From Octopus sinensis (taxonomy: Eukaryota), in NCBI RefSeq assembly GCF_006345805.1, contig NW_021826910.1:1-12567 (forward strand): a DNA stretch of 12,567 nt, written 5' to 3'. Position numbers and translations under genes: made by a program. The notes below the pieces were generated by a model. That model was given only the letters and a program-made list of their open reading frames with translations, had not been told where the DNA came from and did not search any database. This document shows, piece by piece, positions 8,684-12,567 of this stretch (position 1 is its first letter; each line of letters opens with the position of its first letter).

Positions 8684-9249
8684 ACACGATAATGATATAA
8701 TATCGATGATGATGACAGGAATGTGTGTGTGGGGGTGTGTGTGTGAGAGAGAGAGAGAGAAAGAGAGAGAAAAAGAGAGGAAGGAAGAGTAGAGAGATAG
8801 AAAGAGAAAATGAAGAGATGAGAGAGAGAGAGAGAAAAAAGAGAGAAGAAGACTGGAAAAAGGAGTGAGGGGGTGAATCAAAGTGGGTTTGAAGGCGAAT
8901 AAGAAGTAAAAAAAAAAGCGAAAGAGGAGTGAATGAAGAGATGAGAGAAGTCGAAGGAGAGTTGACTGAAGTAAGGAGAGAGGTTGAATGAATGAATGAA
9001 TGAATGAGAGAAGTCGAATGAAGGAGTTAGGCCGAATGAAAGTGGGAGAATATGAAAGTGAAAAGCGAAAAAAAAAAAGCAGATGAATAAAAAAGAAGAA
9101 GGAAAGCCAGGAATAGCGAAGCGCGAGTGTGAATTTTCATCTTATATCTGGAATTACTGATGTTAACAGGGGGTAGGATCGAAACCCACCACAAACGGTG
9201 GATGATGATGAGATGATAATAATATAATCATAATAATAATAATAATAAT

Positions 9250-9422
9250 CCATTCTACTCTAGGCAGAAGGTTCTGAAATTTTGGGGAGGGGTTTTAATA
9301 ATCGATTACATCAACCCCAGTGTTCAACTGGTACTTATTTTATCGACCCCGAAAGGGATTAATGGAAAAGTCGACCTCGGTGGAATTTGAACAAAATGCC
9401 GCTAAGCATTTTGCCCGATTCT
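9250..9422 (-). mobile_element. Family A SINE (A2-type tail), copy in duplicated unit 2
   Basis: Nearly identical to 8508-8683, including the same internal deletions. Confidence 0.8.
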
Positions 9423-9534
9423 ACATGGTGATGATGATAATATCGATGATGATGACAATGAGTGTGTGTGTGTGTGAGACAGAGACTTTTGGAAGAAAGA
9501 TAAAGCTAAGAGTACAGGGTTAGGTTATATATTT

Positions 9535-9759
9535 CTTTACTACCCACAAGGGGTTAAACACAGAGGGGACAAACACGGACAGACAAACGGATTAAGTCGA
9601 TTATATCGACCCCAGTGCGCTACTGGTACTTAACATATCGACCCCGAAAGGACGAAAGGCAAAGTCGACCTCGGCGGAATTTGAACCCAGAACGTAACGG
9701 CAGACGAAATACGGCTACGCATTTCGGCCGGCGTGCTAACGTTTCTGCCAGCTCGCCGA
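9535..9759 (-). mobile_element. Full-length tRNA-derived SINE, family A (subfamily A1)
   Basis: A-box-like TGGCAGAAACG (9750-9740) and B-box-like GGTTCAAATTCC (9687-9676) lie on the minus strand. The body is shared with other copies. It is flanked by a perfect 16-bp direct repeat GTTAGGTTATATATTT at 9519-9534 and 9760-9775. Confidence 0.9.
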
Positions 9760-10068
9760 GTTAGGTTATATATTTATGTTATCTATGTGTAGACAGACAC
9801 ACACCTCTTACGCTATGAGAAAGATGACGAAGAAATAGAACACACACACACACATATACACGCGCAAACACATCCGTGCGCGCAAAGCTACGCGCACACA
9901 GACACATACAGCACACCCACAAACACACAAAGTTATCATATACACAAACACAATGTGCTTAGCTAGACACACGTACACAGAGTTAAGAATAGAAATATAT
10001 GTCAGCTAATGACACACACACACACATTGAAAAGACGTGTACAATGTATACTGGGTACCTAGACATAC

Positions 10069-10169
10069 CAAAAAAAATGATGAGGTACTCAAAGCTAGAA
10101 TGTATATCGTCACAGCTTCGTAACAAATACCCGAATTTCGCATCCTCGGCAATAATATATCGCCGCTTC
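10069..10169 (-). other. Candidate internal exon (101 nt), product unknown
   Basis: A pyrimidine-rich acceptor (cttttctgtttcgtgtttctttatttggaAG) and a GTATGT donor bound unique sequence with two open frames. No recognised homology. Confidence 0.25.
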
Positions 10170-10222
10170 CTTCCAAATAAAGAAACACGAAACAGAAAAG
10201 TTTGTCCATATATATACATATA

Positions 10223-10367
10223 TACGACGGGCTTTTTTCAGTTTCCGTCTACCAAATCCACTCACAAGGCTTTGGTCGGCCTGAGGTTATAGTAGAAGGC
10301 ACTTGCCCAAGGTGCCACGCAGTGGGACCGAACACGGAACCATGTGGTTCGTAAGCAAGCTACTTAC
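10223..10367 (-). mobile_element. Family B SINE head and core (tRNA-like head plus CORE-like motif)
   Basis: The minus strand has B-box-like GTTCGGTCC (10333-10325) followed by CCTTGGGCAAGT (10312-10301), a motif I recall from the CORE domain of MIR-type SINEs. The 3' part matches 7386-7447. Confidence 0.8.
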
Positions 10368-10407
10368 TTAACCTAAGTTCGATCCTATCTGTAGGTCACA
10401 ATGACGT

Positions 10408-10467
10408 GTATTCCGGTTTTTATCAACTTAACTCGTATTCCGGTTTTTATCAACTTAACTCGTATTC
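10408..10467. repeat. Perfect 27-bp tandem duplication (2.2 copies)
   Basis: gtattccggtttttatcaacttaactc occurs at 10408-10434 and 10435-10461, followed by gtattc. Confidence 0.95.
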
Positions 10468-10515
10468 TAAGGCGAGAAACCTTATTGAATTTACAATGGT
10501 AACAACTTGTCCAAA

Positions 10516-10753
10516 GTGTTTTTGTCCCCCCATCAATGCTTGACAACCGGTGTTTGTTTGTTTACGTTATTGTTATTTAACGGCTCGACAATTGAGAGAC
10601 CGATAGAATAAGAACTGTGCTTTTAAAATAGGAGCTTTTAAAAAAGGATCGATTTTAAAATAAGGGTCAATTTGTTCAACCAAAACTCTCGAAAGTGGTA
10701 CCCTAGTGGTACATAAGCTGCAGTCTCATGATTGAAACAAGTAAAAGATAAAA
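10516..10753 (+). mobile_element. Diverged family B tail, in the opposite orientation
   Basis: gtcccc..atgcttgacaacc..gtttac..gaccgatagaataag..gaaacaagtaaaag is colinear with the reverse complement of 7156-7360. Confidence 0.7.
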
Positions 10754-11330
10754 TGACTAAGTGGCTGAGTATTCCAGAGGCACGTGTATATATATGTCTT
10801 TTAACAAAATCTTGAAGACAAATAAGGGACAGCGTGTCACAAAGCCAGTCGTGAGACTTTAATTACGGTTTATCTGACATAATTACACATGCATTCTAAG
10901 TGTTTGTAAGTGTTTGTATAATCTTGCTTTCAGTACAAAATACAATGCAGTACAGTATAATAGAGAGTCCAACAACCAAAGCAATCTTATTGTCAACAAT
11001 AACGTCTTCAGATATACATCAAGTACGCACGCACGTTTGTTTCTCAGTAGCCATATTTACTTATACTGCAAATACCTTCGAATACCACCACCACCACTAG
11101 CAGCATCAATTGAATACATATTGACACACACACACAGATCAGGAGACACTTTTCGTTAAATATACAAACGACATGGATAGCTCTTTGGCATGCGTATGTA
11201 TAAATACGATTGTTCCTGAGTCCCTTAACTATTTTAAAGCGTGCATATGTGTGAGTGAGAGGGGTGTGTGTGTGAGAGAGAAAGGGAGTGTGTGAGAGAG
11301 AGGATAGAGTGTGTATATAGTTTAAAATAC

Positions 11331-11550
11331 CTTTCTTAGTCATTGGGTGGTGGCCAAGCTGGGGTATCTCTTTGAAAGTTTCTGGTCGAAGAAATCCACC
11401 CAAGGCTTAAATTTTTGAAGTCAGGCACTTATTCTGCTGATCTCTTTTGCAGAACCACTAACAGGAGAGTAAACAAACCAACACCGGTTAACAAGTGTGT
11501 GTGGTGGTGGTGGTGGTAGCGGCAACAAATACAGACACAGAGACACACAT
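11331..11550 (-). mobile_element. Diverged family B tail
   Basis: agtcatt..gtggccaagctggg..cacttattctgctgatctcttttgcagaaccact..gtaaacaaaccaacaccggtt..acagacac is colinear with 7165-7370. Confidence 0.6.
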
Positions 11551-11699
11551 ATAAGTAAAAGTTTATGATGACATGAATGTGTGACATTGTCTTTCAGCTG
11601 CTCGACGGAGTTGAACAGTCGAACACACGTTCAATCATGACTGACCTCTTGTACTAGTACCGAAACATTACTATCTATCTATCTATAACATGTAACATG

Positions 11700-11960
11700 T
11701 TATAGATAGTTATTGATCGAGGTTACCGTGGTGTTTTCCGTAGGCTTTTCTTCCCACGGATAAACCTTATCTGCTTCCCCCTTTACACTTTACATCATGG
11801 CACTGTGATACACGATCCCTATTAATCGTTTTTTCCCTTTTACGATCCCTTTTGATCGAAAACCTACCCCACCCTTTTTTTCTCTCTCCCCCAAAAAAGA
11901 AAAGCTCTACTTTGTAATCTGTCCCGTCTGTGTGCAGCTCTGTGTAGCTAATAAAGAATC
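11700..11960 (+). mobile_element. 3' end of a non-LTR retroposon (LINE 3' UTR or another SINE) sharing the family A tail
   Basis: 11920-11957 matches the reverse complement of the SINE tail 6255-6292 at 31 of 38 positions and is followed by an (ATCT)n tail. The 5' boundary is uncertain. Confidence 0.5.
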
Positions 11961-11997
11961 ATATCTATCTATCTCCTGTGTGGCTAATAAAGAAACA

Positions 11998-12038
<41 letters not shown>

Positions 12039-12061
12039 CCTGTGTGGCTAATAAAGAAACA

Positions 12062-12106
<45 letters not shown>

Positions 12107-12129
12107 CCTGTGTGGCTAATAAAGAAACA

Positions 12130-12194
<65 letters not shown>

Positions 12195-12217
12195 CCTGTG
12201 TGGCTAATAAAGAAACA

Positions 12218-12255
<38 letters not shown>

Positions 12256-12282
12256 CCTATCTCCTGTGTGGCTAATAAGAAC

Positions 12283-12314
<32 letters not shown>

Positions 12315-12337
12315 CCTGTGTGGCTAATAAAGAAACA

Positions 12338-12370
<33 letters not shown>

Positions 12371-12393
12371 CCTGTGTGGCTAATAAAGAAACA

Positions 12394-12458
<65 letters not shown>

Positions 12459-12514
12459 CCTGTGTGGCTAATAAAGAAACATATCTATCAATCTATCTAT
12501 CTATCTATCTATCT
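11938..12514 (+). repeat. Compound tandem array of CTCCTGTGTGGCTAATAAAGAAACAT plus variable (ATCT)n
   Basis: One seed unit and eight near-identical units are separated by ATCT tracts of differing length. Confidence 0.95.
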
Positions 12515-12545
12515 AACAAGCTAGCTAGCCAATAAAGTTTCACAT

Positions 12546-12567
12546 AGTTTCCGTCTACCAAAATCAC
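12546..12567 (-). mobile_element. Family B core fragment cut by the window edge
   Basis: agtttccgtctaccaaaatcac nearly matches the core sequence agtttccgtctaccaaatccac at about 10240-10261. Confidence 0.6.

Larger units (their letters stand above)
7975..9480. repeat. Tandem duplication of a ~750-bp unit (about 7975-8745 and 8746-9480)
   Basis: Shared anchors are offset by 757 (tcaaag at 8121 and 8878) and by 740 (tatcgatgat at 8701 and 9441). Both units contain the same purine tract, (ATA)n and deleted SINE. Confidence 0.92.

Noticed and set aside
7291-8881. Long ORFs up to 272 aa on the minus strand
   Set aside because: They are the antisense of purine-rich repeats and SINE sequence, giving F/L/S-rich low-complexity peptides with no domain.
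9676-9757. Possible tRNA gene (A and B boxes)
   Set aside because: I could not fold a cloverleaf or acceptor stem, and the segment continues into a repeated SINE body with a TSD.
11598-11657. Plus-strand acceptor followed by a short frame LLDGVEQSNTRSIMTDLLY*
   Set aside because: It is an isolated signal with no partner plus-strand exons or recognisable homology.
11641-11670. CTGACC..GTACTAGTAC.CGAAAC hammerhead-like string
   Set aside because: The core CUGACCU lacks G8/A9, and helices I and III cannot be formed.
11938-12514. CRISPR-like look: constant ~26-nt repeats with variable-length spacers
   Set aside because: The spacers are all (ATCT)n rather than unique sequence, there are no cas genes, the context is eukaryotic, and the repeat derives from a retroposon tail.
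11978-12535. 185-aa ORF with YLSI repeats
   Set aside because: It is the translation of the (ATCT)n array.

Overview
This is AT-rich, repeat-dense eukaryotic non-coding DNA, either intronic or intergenic. From memory of its repeat families it is most likely a coleoid cephalopod such as Octopus, which is an inference and not a database result. No complete gene, rRNA, true tRNA or CRISPR is present, and nearly all listed ORFs come from microsatellites or SINEs. The window holds two families of tRNA-derived SINE (about 15 copies or fragments, including a full-length copy with a perfect 16-bp TSD and a tandem dimer). It also holds a retroposon 3' end that shares the SINE tail and has been amplified into an array, a ~750-bp tandem duplication with a long-read-error-like signature, and many compound microsatellites. 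The most interesting signal is two ORF-less ~200-230 bp elements bounded by (TA)n. Each carries a minimal type I hammerhead ribozyme motif of the Penelope-like kind, with palindromic helix III, a covarying helix I and a positionally conserved downstream TGAGCG motif. A speculative chain of small minus-strand exons may also run through the window.
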